Shown in pieces: positions 14,009 to 27,473 of a stretch of 64,000 bases of DNA (its first letter is position 1; the number at the start of each line of letters is the position of its first letter). The DNA lies in assembly GCA_965235115.1 (NCBI GenBank), contig OZ249436.1, positions 43,834,001 through 43,898,000 of the forward strand, written 5' to 3'. A program made the position numbers and the translations under genes. Source of the DNA: Laetmonice hystrix (Eukaryota). Under the pieces are notes generated by a model. That model did not search any database. It was not told where the DNA came from and saw only the letters and a list, made by a program, of their open reading frames with translations.

Positions 14009-15195
14009 TGTGAGTCGGTCCAGCTGGCAGACAAGAATTAGATCCAGGTTAGAGTGCTGGTGATGCGTGTGTCTGCTGGTCCGGCCACTGTGTGTAGGTT
14101 TGTGAGTCGGTCCAGCTGGCAGACAAGATCCTGGTTAGAGTGCTGGTGATGCGTGTGTCTGCTGGTCCGGCCACTGTTTGTAGGTTTGTGAGTCGGTCCA
14201 GCTGGCAGACAGTTAGAGTGCTGGTGATGCGGGTGTCTGCTGGTCCAGCCACTGTTTGTAGGTTTGTGAGTCGGTCCAGCTGGCAGACAGTTAGAGTGGT
14301 GGTGATGCGGGTGTCTGCTGGTCCGGTCACTGTGTGTAGGTTTGTGAGTCGGTCCAGCTGGCAGACAGTTAGAGTGCTGGTGATGCGGGTGTCTGCTGGT
14401 CCGGCCACTGTGTGTAGGTTTGTGAGTCGGTCCAGCTGGCAGACAGTTAGAGTGCTGGTGATGCGGGTGTCTGCTGGTCCGGTCACTGTGTGTAGGTTTG
14501 TGAGTCGGTCCAGCTGGCAGACAGTTAGAGTGCTGGTGATGCGGGTGTCTGCTGGTCCGGCCACTGTGTGTAGGTTTGTGAGTCGGTCCAGCTGGCAGAC
14601 AGTTAGAGTGCTGGTGATGCGGGTGTCTGCTGGTCCGGCCACTGTGTGTAGGTTTGTGAGTCGGTCCAGCTGGCAGACAGTTAGAGTGCTGGTGATGCGG
14701 GTGTCTGCTGGTCCGGCCACTGTGTGTAGGTTTGTGAGTCGGTCCAGCTGGCAGACAGTTAGAGTGCTGGTGATGCGTGTGTCTGCTGGTCCGGTCTGTG
14801 TGTGTAGGTTTGTGAGTCGGTCCAGCTGGCAGACAGTTAGAGTGCTGGTGATGCGGGTGTCTGCTGGTCGGGCCACTGTGTGTAGGTTTGTGAGTCAGTC
14901 CAGCTGGCAGACAGTTAGAGTGCTGGTGATGCGTGTGTCTGCTGGTCCGACCACTGTGTGTAGGTTTGTGAGTCGGTCCAGCTGGCAGACAAGATCCAGG
15001 TTAGAGTGCTGGTGATGTGGGTGTCTGCTGGTCCGGCCACTGTGTGTAGGTTTGTGAGTCGGTCCAGCTGGCAGACAGTTAGAGTGCCGGTGATGCGGGT
15101 GTTTGCTGGTCTGGCCACTGTGTGTAGGTTTGTGAGTCGGTCCAGCTGACAGACAGTTAGAGTGCTGGTGATGCGGGTGTTTGCTGGTCTGGCCA
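14009..15195. repeat. Minisatellite, 78 bp x~15
   Basis: Unit agagtgctggtgatgcgggtgtctgctggtccggccactgtgtgtaggtttgtgagtcggtccagctggcagacagtt. Confidence 0.95.
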
Positions 15196-15820
15196 TGTAG
15201 GCTGACATGCTGCCGGGTATATACTTAGGGAATCAGAGGTATTTATGCTAGCAATCTGCTGTTTGCCTAGCGGTCTTGCTGTTCTCGGCAGGTGGTTTCA
15301 GAGAAAGGACAACTATTGATAATTCCTGCCCGCCCAGCCTGGCTCGGTGGCGAGGTGTGAGGAGAAAGAACTCATTGTGACCCCGTGCCGTGTCTGGCTG
15401 GGGGGGGGGGGCACTGATCGGACCCTAGTGATCACATAGCTCCTTGTTTTGTACAGGGTGACAATGAAGGCAGTCAGAGTCGATTAAAGAATCTATTTAA
15501 ACCAGTCTCTGACAATAAAAGGATTATTTAGGAGTTTGACAATGGCACCTTTATCACCGTGATATCGCACCACCCGTAGTTGTCTCACAGCTATGTGTTT
15601 CGTGGAGAACCAAGCTGCCTCAAGGGCTGAAAGTACAAGGCTACGGTAGCTTCGGATCCGGATCAGGGCGAGAAGGAGCATTCTATAGGACATGGCTACC
15701 AGTGTGATCTGTAACATGCGGAGTGGTGGAACCTAGCTTCAGTGTCGCTGCACCGTTTCAGCATGAACATGGCCAAAAGATTGCGAGAGGCGTAAAACCA
15801 CTTTCCACTCACTCACCCAC

Positions 15821-15853
15821 TCGCTGGGTTACGCCTGATGCCCGTGCATTTAA
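15821..15853 (+). mobile_element. SINE 3' tail fragment next to an assembly gap
   Basis: tgggttacgcctgatgcccgtgcattt matches the 3' end of the element at 42251-42425 (tgggttacccctgatgcccgtgcattt). Confidence 0.55.
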
Positions 15854-15991
15854 NNNNNNNNNNNNNNNNNNNNNNNNNNNNNNNNNNNNNNNNNNNNNNN
15901 NNNNNNNNNNNNNNNNNNNNNNNNNNNNNNNNNNNNNNNNNNNNNNNNNNNNNNNNNNNNNNNNNNNNNNNNNNNNNNNNNNNNNNNNNNN
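15854..15991. other. Assembly gap (138 N)
   Basis: Run of N. Confidence 1.
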
Positions 15992-17033
15992 CCTCGCGCC
16001 ACTTTCTGCGCGGTGCCATTCGGCAGTGAGCCGTTAAAAGCTCGAGGTCTGACCGAGGGGGCCGACAGGTGCAGGCCTCAGACCGGGTAACACGATATCA
16101 TGATAACAACATTGAAGTAAATCGTGCACTGAATATAAACAGAATAACTATAAAAAGAGGAGTGCGCGTTCCTGGTCGCCGTATTGAGGAAGTAAAGTGT
16201 AATTGTACGAATCCGTTGTGAACGCCAGAGTTCACCAAACGACATCAGTGCAGTATAACGGTTAGGCTGACAACGATCGCACTCAGATAGAAGGATCAAA
16301 CAGAAATATTTTTCTTGGGTAAGCAATCTTACAAGCAGTTGCTGTGCTTAACTATTGTGCTGGGACAAATATTGCCTCTTGAGATCAGATTGAGGGATTC
16401 AGTGTCTCTATGTCGTGTCTACATTCCGCGGTGTGGAACCCCTCACGGGGGGTGGGGGTAGAGGGGGGGGGGCTCACCCGGCTTTGAGATCCCACATCCT
16501 GGTGGAACCACTTGCATGCAGCTGAGATTTCAGGTGCACACAAGTTGTGTAGACGGGCCAGGTCCCACCTTTAACAAAATATCCCACAGGGAGGTGTGTC
16601 AGAGTGGAGCCCTGAGTGCACAGATGTGGTAACTACAGGTTAAGTGGTGACTAGACCTGCATTTATAGTGTACTTCCAACAAGTTGGATTTATGGCTCGG
16701 TACGAACCGACTACAGACCAGCTTTTAGTTAGCTGGAAAAAGTGGATTTCTTTAGACCCAGAAAAAAATCTTAAAAGAGTACTATAAGTACTGAGAAACA
16801 AGGAGGGTATAATTTGAGTTTTAAGAGACAATTTGGTCCTGGTTCAGGCTTTGTCCGTATTTGTCCGAGAGGAAACGATAAGAAAAGATAAAATTGAAAA
16901 TGAACAACTGAGGAGTAGAAATCTGAGGCAAACCGACTTTATCAAAAGGTGCGATACATCACCGGGGAATCTTAAAGATCATGTATACAGAATGTCCGAA
17001 ACCTGTGGGCTAGAGGCGGTATGCCTACCTTGG

Positions 17034-17200
17034 AGGGGGTGAGGGTGGGGGTAATCTTGAGACAATGCCTGTCTTAGAGGGGGTGAGGGTGGGGGTAATC
17101 TTGAGACAATGCCTGTCTTAGAGGGGGTGAGGGTGGGGGTAATCTTGAGACAATGCCTGCCTGATGGAAGGGGTGAGGGTGGGGGGTAATCTTGAGACAA
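17034..17200. repeat. G-rich tandem repeat, 44 bp x~4
   Basis: Unit gggggtgagggtgggggtaatcttgagacaatgcctgtcttaga. Confidence 0.85.
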
Positions 17201-17640
17201 TACTCTGACACAGCGGTAAGAGTATACTGGGTATAGTTGTAATGTTTGGAGCGGGAGTCTCCGCCAGACTTTGGGCTATAGTCTCGGAATGTCTACAAAG
17301 GGTAAAGTGTTAGGAATAGGATCATTTTGTGGCCTGGGCCTCGGTAATATATACACGTACTCTAGGTTAAGGAAGTCAGCCGAAGTACCCGGAGTTCTAG
17401 TTTGATCCGATGTAGGATGAAGGTTGTTACCAATGGGCCAGCGACATTGTGAGGGGAGCATGGGCGTGTTACGAGGGAGAATTTACATGTTATGCAAGGT
17501 GACTGGAACTGCGGGGTCCAATGGATGATGTACAGGGCCTTACCTAAGGGGGCAGGGGGCAGGGGGCAGGGGGCAGGGGGCATCATGGTGGAAAAGTTCC
17601 CTTTTTTTGTCTGCGTACGGTCCTGATGTAAGGTATCGAT

Positions 17641-17807
17641 AGTGCCAGATCCAGGGGGGATGAGGGGGCTCTTAGCCCAGCCCAGCTGACTCCTATACAA
17701 TTAACGTTTTCTGGAGAAAATCACCCCAGACCTCCCAGTGCCGTCCTCCAATGGCACACCTTATAAAGTTGTGAACGCCATACCCTCTCCACCCGGACCC
17801 GCCCCTG
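17641..17807. mobile_element. MITE-like element (CAG(G/T)GGCGGATCCAG family), degenerate
   Basis: Left agtgccagatccaggggg, right cggacccgcccctg. Confidence 0.45.
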
Positions 17808-17820
17808 GTGGGGTGGTAAA

Positions 17821-19151
17821 GAGACTACTGATCACTTTTACCAGGAGATGTTTAGGGGCAGGAGTTCCTGTCTGGTTGCGGTCTCAGAATTGAGGTGATC
17901 TGTGACTACTGATCACTTTTGCCGATGTTTAGGGGCAGGAGTGCCTGTCTGGTTGCGGTCTCAGGATTGAGATGATCGGTGACTACTGATCACTTTTACC
18001 GGGAGATGTTGGGCAGGAGTTCCTGTCTTCCTGCGGTCTCAGGATTGAGGTGATCTGTGACTACTGATCACTTTTACCGATGTTTAGGGGCAGGAGTTCC
18101 TGTCTGGTTGCGGTCTCAGGATTGAGGTGATCTGTGACTACTGATCACTTTTACCGGGATATGTTTAGGGACAGGAGTTCCTGTCTGGTTGCGGTCTCAG
18201 GATTGAGGTGATCTGTGACTACTGATCACTTTTACCCGGAGATGTTTAGGGGCAGGAGTTCCTGTCTGGTTGCGGTCTCAGGATTGAGGTGATCTGTGAC
18301 TACTGATCACTTTTACTGAGGGATGTTTAGGGGCAGGAGTTCCTGTCTGGTTGCGGTCTCAGGATTGAGGTGATCTGTGACTACTGATCACTTTTACCGG
18401 GAGATGTTGGGTAGGAGTTCCTGTCTGGTTGCGGTCTCAGGATTGAGATGATCTGTGACTACTGATCACTTTTACCAGGAGATGTTTAGGGGTAGGAGTT
18501 CCTGTCTGGTTGCGGTCTCAGGATTGAGGTGATCTGTGACTACTGATCACTTTTACCGATGTTTAGGGGTAGGAGTTCCTGTCTGGTTGCGGTCTCAGGA
18601 TTGAGGTGATCTGTGACTACTGATCACTTTTACCGATGTTTAGGGGCAGGAGTTCCTGTCTGGTTGCGGTCTCAGGATTGAGGTGATCTGTGACTACTGA
18701 TCACTTTTACCGGGAGATGTTGGGCAGGAGTTCCTGTCTGGTTGCGGTCTCAGGATTGAGGTGATCTGTGACTACTGATGACTTTTACCGGGAGATGTGT
18801 AGGGGTAGGAGTTCCTGTCTGGTTGCGGTCTCAGGATTGAGGTGATCTGTGACTACTGATCACTTTTACCGATGTTTAGGGGCAGGAGTTCCTGTCTGGT
18901 TGCGGTCTCAGGATTGAGGTGATCTGTGACTACTGATTACTTTTACCGGGAGATGTTTAGGGATAGGAGTTCCTGTCTGGTTGCGGTCTCAGGATTGAGG
19001 TGATCTGTGACTACTGATCACTTTTACCGATGTTTAGGGGCAGGAGTTCCTGTCTGGTTGCGGTCTCAGGATTGAGGTGATCGGTGACTACTGATCACTT
19101 TTACCGAGAGATGTTTAGGGGTAGGAGCGCCTGTATGTTTGCGGTCTCAGG
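17821..19151. repeat. Minisatellite, 77-81 bp x~17
   Basis: Unit gactactgatcacttttaccgggagatgtttaggggcaggagttcctgtctggttgcggtctcaggattgaggtgatctgt. Confidence 0.95.
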
Positions 19152-19490
19152 GTATACTCCGGACAGGTACAGGAATGTATGTATTGTATACTGTAGGTCT
19201 ATCATTTAACAAGTGTTGAGAAATGGCCAGCATCTGTAACAGGTCTCCATCAAGGTGAGACTTTATGGGCGGGAAGATGTCGCTGATTGATTACTACAAG
19301 TTTTTTTAGTGGCGGGGGGGGGGGGGGGTGGAAGGTGGGGGATTGGAAGGTGGGGGGTTGGAAGGGGGGGTTAGAAAGGTAGCTGAGGAGGGAGTGAGAC
19401 CTGGGGTGTTGTGTTGTGACAGTTGTTCTCTACATGTCGCCCTGCGGGATGTAGGTTATTCCTCTATGGTATCATTCCCACGAAGGTGGG

Positions 19491-20752
19491 AGTGATTAGA
19501 GTTAGCTGTCACGTGTCAGACTATGGATAGGGGTAAGCTCTCTGGGAAGGTCTGGAGACCAGGCCTAGTGATTAGAGTTAGCTGTCAGACTATGGATAGG
19601 GGTAAGCTGTCTGGAGAGGTCTGGAGACCAGGCCTAGTGATTAGAGTTATATGTCAGACTATGGATAGGGGTAAGCTCTCTGGGGAGGTCTGGAGACCAG
19701 GCCTAGTGATTAGAGTTAGCTGTCAGACTATGGATGGGGGTAAGCTCTCTGGAGAGGTCTGGAGGCCAGGCCTAGTGATTAGAGTTAGCTGTCAGACTAT
19801 GGATAGGGGTAAGCTCTCTGGACAGGTCTGGAGACCAGGCCTAGTGATTAGAGTTAGCTGTCAGACCATGGATAGGGGTAAGCTCTCTGGAGAGGTCTGG
19901 AGACCGGACCTAGTGATTAGAGTTAGCTGTCAGACTATGGATAGGGGTAAGCTCTCTGGGGAGGTCTGGAGACCAGGCCTAGTGATTAGAGTTAGCTGTC
20001 AGACTATGGATAGGGGTAAGCTCTCTGGAGAGTTCTGGAGGCCAGGCCTAGTGATTAGAGTTAGCTGTCAGACTATGGATAGGGGTAAGCTCTCTGGGGA
20101 GGTCTGGAGACCAGGCCTAGTGATTAGAGTTAGCTGTCAGACTATGGATAGGGGTAAGCTCTCTGGGGAGGTCTGGAGACCAGGCCTAGTGATTAGAGTT
20201 AGCTGTCAGACTATGGATAGGGGTAAGCTCTCTGGGGAGTTCTGGAGGCCGGTCCTAGTGATTAGAGTTAGCTGTCAGACTATGGATAGGGGTAAGCTCT
20301 CTGGGGAGTTCTGGAGGCCGGTCCTAGTGATTAGAGTTAGCTGTCAGACTATGGATAGGGGTAAACACTTTAGAGGGTTCTGGAGACCAGGCCTAGTGAT
20401 TAGGGTTAGCTGTCAGACTATGGATAGGGGTAAGCTCCCTGGAGAGTTCTGGAGACCAGGCCAAGTGATTAGAATTAGCTGTCAGACTATGGATAGGGGT
20501 AAGCTCTCTGGAGAGGTCTGGAGACCTGGCCTAGTGATTAGAATTATCTGTCAGACCATGGATAGGGGTAAGCTCTCTGGAGAGGTCTGGAGACCAGGCC
20601 TAGTGATTAGAGTTAGCTGTCAGACTATGGATAGGGGTAAGCTCTCTGGAGAGGTCTGGAGACCAGGCCTAGTGATTAGAGTTAGCTGTCAGACTATGGA
20701 TAGGGGTAAGCTCTCTGGAGAGGTCTGGAGACCAGGCCTAGTGATTAGAGTT
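19491..20752. repeat. Minisatellite, 69 bp x~18
   Basis: Unit cagactatggataggggtaagctctctggagaggtctggagaccaggcctagtgattagagttagctgt; accounts for the 428-aa ORF 19523..20809. Confidence 0.96.
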
Positions 20753-21594
20753 TGCTTACAACCAAATGTCGTAGTTGTTACCATGAGGTTTTACCTGGAA
20801 GTGACGTGAAGGCGGCAGTGTGTTGGCACGACATGACGTGTCTAGCCGGGGGAGGGGGTGGAAAAACGGGAGAAAAGGTATTCAAATTACTTGTCTCTTG
20901 ACGGCCGCGGTGTTAGGTCTCCGACGTGATCGTGATGTATGACAGGTATGTGTACATGTGTCTAGAACAATGTACAGTTTGTAACTGTTTCTTAAATCGC
21001 GTCTTTCTGATTTTAGCATCAATACACGACGTATATAGGGCTCTGTTGAAATAATTGTCTTTTTATTTTAAATAATATTAAAATTCAAAATATCAACATT
21101 CTTTATCTGTCTTTATGGTTTGTATACACAATGCAGTGTACAAAAAACAAGTCACATGTGTACAATATATGATATAGGCCTATCCCTCACGTAAAAATAT
21201 CACCTTTGTATTTGTATATTTGGAGGTGTGCGATAAGTGACGATCAGAGGAGTCTATGTGTAACGAATGAACATAGATGTTCTCAGAGAAAGTATGTCTT
21301 TGTGTGGCCGACAATAGCCAACTCGTGTGTCTCCAGGTAGTTAGGTGCCCGTCATATTGGTCATGGCATGCAGTTTGTAGATTTTGGGCAGTTATCCAGA
21401 GCGCTCGGTGTGGGCCTGCCATGTGGGCAGCCTGGGGTCGTATTCTATTGGTGACCTGCATGGTTTGGAGACTGGGCCTACTGACGGACCTCGCAGGAGT
21501 GTCTCTTGACTGAGCTGTGGTCGAGCAGCTCTCCGCCCCTCTACCAGCTGTAGACCGACTGCTGGCCGGACAGAGGACGAACGATTTAACCAGA

Positions 21595-21874
21595 CCCCGT
21601 ATTGTTCTCACATACCGCCTGGCCTGTACGGTTGTAGGTCTGAAAGTGGGCCTATACATGCAGGTCGTACCTCAGCGGACGATCCAACCAGCTCCCCGTA
21701 TTGTTGTCACATACCGCCTGGCCTGTCCGGGTGTCGGTCTGAAGGTGGGCCTATACATGCAGGTCGTACCTCAGCGGACGATCCAACCAGACCCCGTATT
21801 GTTGTCACATGCCGCCTGGCCTGTCTGGTTGTAGGTCTGAAGGTGGGCCTATACATGCAGGTCGTACCTCAGCA
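21595..21874. repeat. Tandem repeat, ~98-99 bp x~3
   Basis: Units start at ~21595, 21694 and 21792 (ccccgtattgtt...). Confidence 0.9.
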
Positions 21875-22302
21875 ATAACAGGGGTTTCCGAATAACTCAG
21901 GAATTGTTCTTACAAGGCAGGATAGGCCCCTATTATCGATCAATTAAGGAGGGGGTAAGAATTTGAACTGATAATTACCATTGTTACATAAGGGGAGGGT
22001 GTTGTCTGATTTCGCTATGCCAGAGGAGACACCACTTGAAATAGCAGCATTCGTTTCCTTGCTAGTGGCCTTTGTGGTAGGTATGTTGTAAGCTGCTATA
22101 CTTAGCAGGTCCTCATTGACATTAAGTAATGGTGTGTCACGCCTGAAACATTTCTTAAAGACACTTTACAACTTGTCAGGAGTACGGCCTACCTCGCAGT
22201 GGCTGTGGCACTATAGCGTCCATGATGACGTCACAATGAGAGTAATCGATGTTCGAGCAGTGAGTATCGGTAATTATTGATTGTTTGTTTGTTTGTTTGC
22301 AG

Positions 22303-25300
22303 GTGAAGCGGGTACTGTCTAGCGGTGTGTGTATCAGTGACAGTGCTGGGATACAAGTCGGGGACCGTCTCGTGTCATTCAATAGTCACAGTCTCCGGCA
22401 GCTAACACAGACTGCGTGTATGAATGTACTCCGACATCCCACCCAGGACGTCGTCTTTGAGATACTCAGACAGGAACATCCGTCAGAACCTGCCAGCGAC
22501 CACTGCCAGGATCCGTCAGAACCTCCGGGCAACCACTGCCAGGATCGGTCAGAACCTCCGGGCAACCACTGCCAGGATCGGTCAGAACCTCCGGGCGACC
22601 ACTCGCAGCATCCGTCAGAACCTCCGGGCGACCACTGCCAGGATCCGTCAGAACCTCCCGGCGACCACTGCCAGGAGGAAGGCAACACCTCACCCACCAT
22701 GGAGAACTTCACGGATACAAGTGGTGCGACTAGCCTCAAGGACTGGTCATCCAAGGATAGCGACTACCAGTCCAGTGAGAGTTTGGTTGACAACGACCGG
22801 GACCCGTCCTTGACACTCGATGAAGGTCACACTGAGGTCAAGGTCAACCATCAAGAATTGGATCATAACCAGATCTTCGCCACCTCCCAGGTCAGGCTGA
22901 GTTACAGGAGAAGTTTCACCTCCCGGCAGGGAGAGCGACCTTCCTCCGTGAGGCCGGACGTTAGTAACCAATCAGATGAGAGTTCAGCGGAGGGAAGCCG
23001 CCATCTTGGTTCAGGCAGTGACCTTCACAATACTGTCGTTATCCACCACGCCGAGGTGTACCCTGAGTCGAGGCCGTCAGATGACACATGTCCTCCCTCA
23101 GGACATGATGCTATAGACACAGACCGGTTGGGTTCCGATAAACCCGATCCGTCCGGGAGTTTAAGCCCTCACAGACCGCCCTCCATCCCAGCGCCGGTAT
23201 CCTCGCTTCCAGCAGCCGTCCTCAGTGACGAGGAACCCCTGGTACTGAGGACATACCCCGCCGTAACTGAGGACTACACCATGGGACCAGCCGTGTCGAG
23301 AGAGGACTCTGACCATGAGGACACGTCCTGTAGTGACTATGGCCCTCCGCCTCCTCTCCCGGCAGGTCCTCCCCCGACCTTCCCACCTCCTCCAGTACCG
23401 TACGGCCCTGGAGATTCAACGGATGATGAGCTGGAGGAGTTATTACAGAGTGACACAACAGGAGGAGGGCGACTGGCTTTCGAATCGACCACAACTCCCC
23501 TGGGGGCGAGCGGAGGTTCTGGCGGTGACCCTGGGAGGACACATGTTGACGACGTCATAAAGAGCGTGACGTCAGACGCCGGTACACCTGTCGGTTCTCC
23601 CCCGCCTCCACCTCTCCCGTCCTCAGCCCCTCCCCCTCCCCCGCCCTCCTCATCACCTGACCTGATGGACTCTCTGTCTCACCACGACCCGTCAACCCTG
23701 GACCCTCTCCTAGAGGTCCTCCGTCCCCTCCCACCGGCCCAGGCCCCGGCAACTGTAGTCAGTGATAATTTAGTAAACTTCCCTTCGTCCACAAACTCTA
23801 CACCACCGTCTTTAGTGGTCCCTGAGGGGTCAGAGCTCACTGGCGAGAAACCGGACACATGTCCATTCAGAGGTCCACACGAGGCCTTGAGCCTAGACCC
23901 TGACACTGCCCAGTCTCCAGGCAGATCTGGTAGAACCATTGACCAAGGGTTGGGTCTAGACCCTGACACTGCCCAGTCTACAGGCAGATCTGGTAGAACC
24001 ATTGACCAAGGGTTGGGTCTAGACCCTGACACTGGCCAGTCTACAGGCAGATCTGGTAGAACCATTGACCAAGGGTTGGGTCTAGACCCTGACACTGGCC
24101 AGTCTACAGGCAGATCTGGTAGAACCATTGACCAAGGGTTGGGTCTAGACCCTGACACTGCCCAGTCTACAGGCAGATCTGGTAGAACCATTGACCAAGG
24201 GTTGGGTCTAGACCCTGACACTGCCCAGTCTCCAGGCAGATCTGGTAGAACCATTGACCAAGGGTTGGGTCTAGACCCTGACACTGGGACACCTCAGGTC
24301 AGTGGTAGCCCAGTCCGCCGACCTGCACCTGTCGTCGATATCGACAAGTCGTTGGACATCGATAACGTAAATTACGACAAGGATCCACGTTTTACCAATT
24401 CTAAGTCACCCCAGGGAATGGTTGAGGACAATGGAGTAACTTTGACCAAATTACCTATGACCTCTCTGAGCTATGAAACATTTAGTCTGAACCTTCAGGA
24501 CGATTCTGGAGACTTTACGTCGAGTGATAGTAATCGTGTAAGTCGAGCCGACGAGGAAGCATTGGCCATTCAGTATGAAATTGAAGCCCCGAGTAATTAT
24601 GCCATTGACTGTGATATCGACCGGACTGTGGTCAATCTGGCGCCCCCTGCTGCCAAAACAAGAAACCACGAAGGTTGTGAGCCTGGGGTGGAGTCAGTGC
24701 AGTCAGGAAGGACAATAGAAGGGAGACAGTTCAATGTTGGTGAGGAATCAAAGCCTCAGTCCCATCAAACTCCTGCCAATCCTTGGAGAGATCACGTGAC
24801 AGCAGGGGAAGGCGCTGCATTTCTATGGCAACCCGGGGTGAAAGGTGCAGACGCCAGTGGTAATGGTGAGGTGGGTGGAGCGTATCGAGCTGGAACAGGG
24901 GTCCACCGGCACCACCGGCACCACCGGCACCACCACCGGCACCACCGGGACGGAGGCGGTCCCCCGTCACAGCGGCTCCTTAATCCAACCAGTGGTGTGC
25001 CGCATGTACCAGAGTGGGCCCACCGACTGCCCGCTCAACACGTTCAGTCGGAGCAGCAGGGCCCTGGTTCTGTGATGTCATTACATGCTACCGTCACACC
25101 AAGTAATACAGATAATGACAGTAATGACATGGCCTTCCATGGGACGGTCTCCTCGGCTACCGACGGTCCAGGCACTGTAAGTACTGCTAGTACTTACAAC
25201 AACAACTTACCGCCCGTCACGGCAGACCTGGCCGATCTACTCCTTCAGACTGACAATATTGATGAGTCTGAACTGTTGACCGCCAGTTTAACCACGACAA

Positions 25301-26861
25301 AAAAAGTCGCTGGTGATATATTTTCTCAGTCGGAATTACATACCACCAACAGCGCCGCGGGAGATTCGAGGGAGGATATAGGAGGGGGGAGTGGCAGTGA
25401 CTTGGATGAGGGTATGGGGGTACCCCCCGACCCTCCACCTCAAACATCACCTGACACCGAGTTGAGAGCACCAAGAGCGGTCACAGTGACCACACCGGAA
25501 CGTTACGAGAACGCCGGGGTGAGCAGCCATGGCGTGGTGGATGTTACGACTGCAGGAGACGCAACCCCCAGGGGTTTAATTCCGAGCCCCCCAGGGGGGC
25601 TGCCCCCCTCAGGGGACGTTACATCAGAAAGTAGTGTTTTATTAACTGAAGGAATGCCAAACGAACGCCCTGATGTTGGGGTTTCTCTGACCGAGCCTAA
25701 GGTTTCTCTTGTGATGGGTGACGGGGCCTTTGACAGTGTGAATGCTGAAGCATACGGGGTCGGAGCCAGAGAATGGCGGACGAAACTTGAGACTTCAACA
25801 TCAGCGGGTATGTTCCCATACCGGGGACTGAACAATGTGGAGGATCTGGATGATATCATGGAGTCTGTAGATGACAGGATCCCTGATGTAGAATCTCAGC
25901 CCTCAGACTGTGTAGTCAGTCTCGACTCTAGCGGTGTGAACCCTACAGACACTCTCACGTTTTCCCACACCGGGCAGAGTGAAAGCTCGCCAAGTGAAAG
26001 TAATGAGGGAGAGCCGGGCGCCGTACGTGAACCCTTACAGCCTGAATGTCACCTTGATGAGCAGAGGTCATCACCAGCCCAGTGGAAGCCGCCCGCCCTA
26101 GCGGAGGATTCCATCAAGGTGCTGGGCCATGAACGTGCTCCCACAACCCTGCCAACCAATTCTATCACAGTTAGCCCTGACCATAACACCTTGGCTGACA
26201 CCTTGCCAACTGACAGCCAGCCAGAACCTCACCAACCACAGGTCCTAGCAAACAACGGGGGTGCAGGCAGAATATCTCAGGAACTCCCACTTCAGGAAGA
26301 AAACATCCGTAAGAATGGTATTTCAGGTAACTCTGTAGGTGAGGCGTCTCCTCAGCGTCTCCTAAAGCGACCCGCCTCACCCCTCATTTCTCCCCTGAAA
26401 CCACTACCTGTCATTAAGCCTTTAAGTAATAAGAAAATCAAAAACTTCTCACATGAGCCACCTCAAACGATAGCATCTACAAAAATGTCACAACCTCAGC
26501 CGTCGAGGAAGGAAGATCTTCCGTCTATACCGGCCAGAGAGACTGAAGTTCTGCGGCCTTCACTTGTACCTAACGGGTCGGGATCAGACCCAGTTCTCAT
26601 TCCGACATCACCTCGCAAACTTCCAACGTTGAAGACTGCCCCAACGTTTCAGTTAGCGCCAATTTCGCCACTGAAATCTTCCTCCTCGTTACTGAAGACA
26701 ACCAAACCAAGAAACAAGAGGTCGGAAACGGAACCCTTCCAAGTGGAGGTGTTGAAGGGCCTTCTGGGAGTTGGCTTTGACGTAAACGTCACTCCTGAAG
26801 GTCATGTTAAGGTCAAGGCTATCCATCCTACGGGACCTGTGGCAAGGAACGGCAATATCAA
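22303..26861 (+). CDS. PDZD2: Giant coding exon (4559 nt): C-terminal half of a PDZ domain, ~1400-aa Pro/Ser/Asp-rich disordered linker, N-terminal half of a second PDZ
   Basis: Acceptor ttgtttgtttgcAG at 22301-22302 (phase 0, VKRVLSSG...IQVGDRLVSFNSHSL = PDZ betaC-betaE). Donor AA|GTAAGT at 26862 (phase 2). Ends with EPFQVEVLKGLLGVGFDVNVTPEGHVKVKAIHPTGPVARNGNI(K). Lies within ORF 22285..26865. Confidence 0.93.
22480..22677 (+). repeat. Coding tandem repeat, 33 bp x6 (PSEPPGDHCQD)
   Basis: Six in-frame 11-aa units directly after the first PDZ. Confidence 0.95.
23893..24286 (+). repeat. Coding tandem repeat, 63 bp x6 plus partial (LDPDTAQSTGRSGRTIDQGLG)
   Basis: Near-identical units start at 23893, 23956, 24019, 24082, 24145, 24208 and 24271 (partial). 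Confidence 0.95.
24904..24948 (+). repeat. Coding His/Arg tract (caccggcac units; HRHHRHHRHHHRHHR)
   Basis: 9-bp repeat read directly, in frame. Confidence 0.9.
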
Positions 26862-27473
26862 GTAAGTAGATCTTTTGGATTATTTCAAAATGTATATCTC
26901 TTCCAGCATGAGAGAAAGGTATTTGTGTTTGGGACTGATACTTACTATAGGCCTACTGCTCAGCAGCTAAGATTAGGACTGTACGTTGAGTTAATTATAT
27001 TCTTTAAGTTAGACTTTGATATACATTAATATATTGAATGGATTCAAGGGCTGTATCCACTAAGCCGGCCGGCCGGTGTCGACATTTTGACAGAGTTATA
27101 AACTTTATAGTTGGCAGTAGACCAAACATGATTCTGCAATATTTGATCTATTTGTATGTGCTCACATTTTGAGATAGGTGACATATTGAGAACCGGCCGT
27201 CCGGATCGTGGATATGACCCAGACACTCTCTGAACGTACCCACCTTTCATCTGGCATCTTTGTTAGGCAGAAAAAAACGGGGGCATGTATAATTCGAACT
27301 TCTTTACACATCAGTTTTCTTTTCATTCGAGCAAACAAATTTTTATCGCAGACTGTCATCATGAACCATTAAGGTTGAGGTACTCAGGAAAAAACGCGCT
27401 CAGTTGACTTTGTGTGCCTACATTACTGACCTGAAGATCATGAAAACATGAGGAATGTTTTGATGAAGCAGCA

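Noticed and set aside
15493-15717. 74-aa minus-strand ORF as a recombinase or retroelement fragment
   Set aside because: No catalytic motif is recognisable (no RT YxDD, no tyrosine-recombinase HxLR/Y).
17223-17405. GYSLGMSTKGKVLGIGSFCGLGLGNIY as the missing PDZ half-exon
   Set aside because: No phase-0 GT donor at the required position and no good acceptor; Gly/Leu richness follows from the local G/T bias.
14049-20809. ORFs of 275-428 aa in the 78-bp and 69-bp arrays as exons or repeat proteins
   Set aside because: Units that are multiples of 3 give long ORFs automatically. About a third of the non-coding arrays have such units, as expected by chance.
22386-26380. Antisense and alternate-frame ORFs overlapping the giant exons (also 54129-58255)
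   Set aside because: Typical shadows of GC-rich coding sequence, with no independent gene signals.
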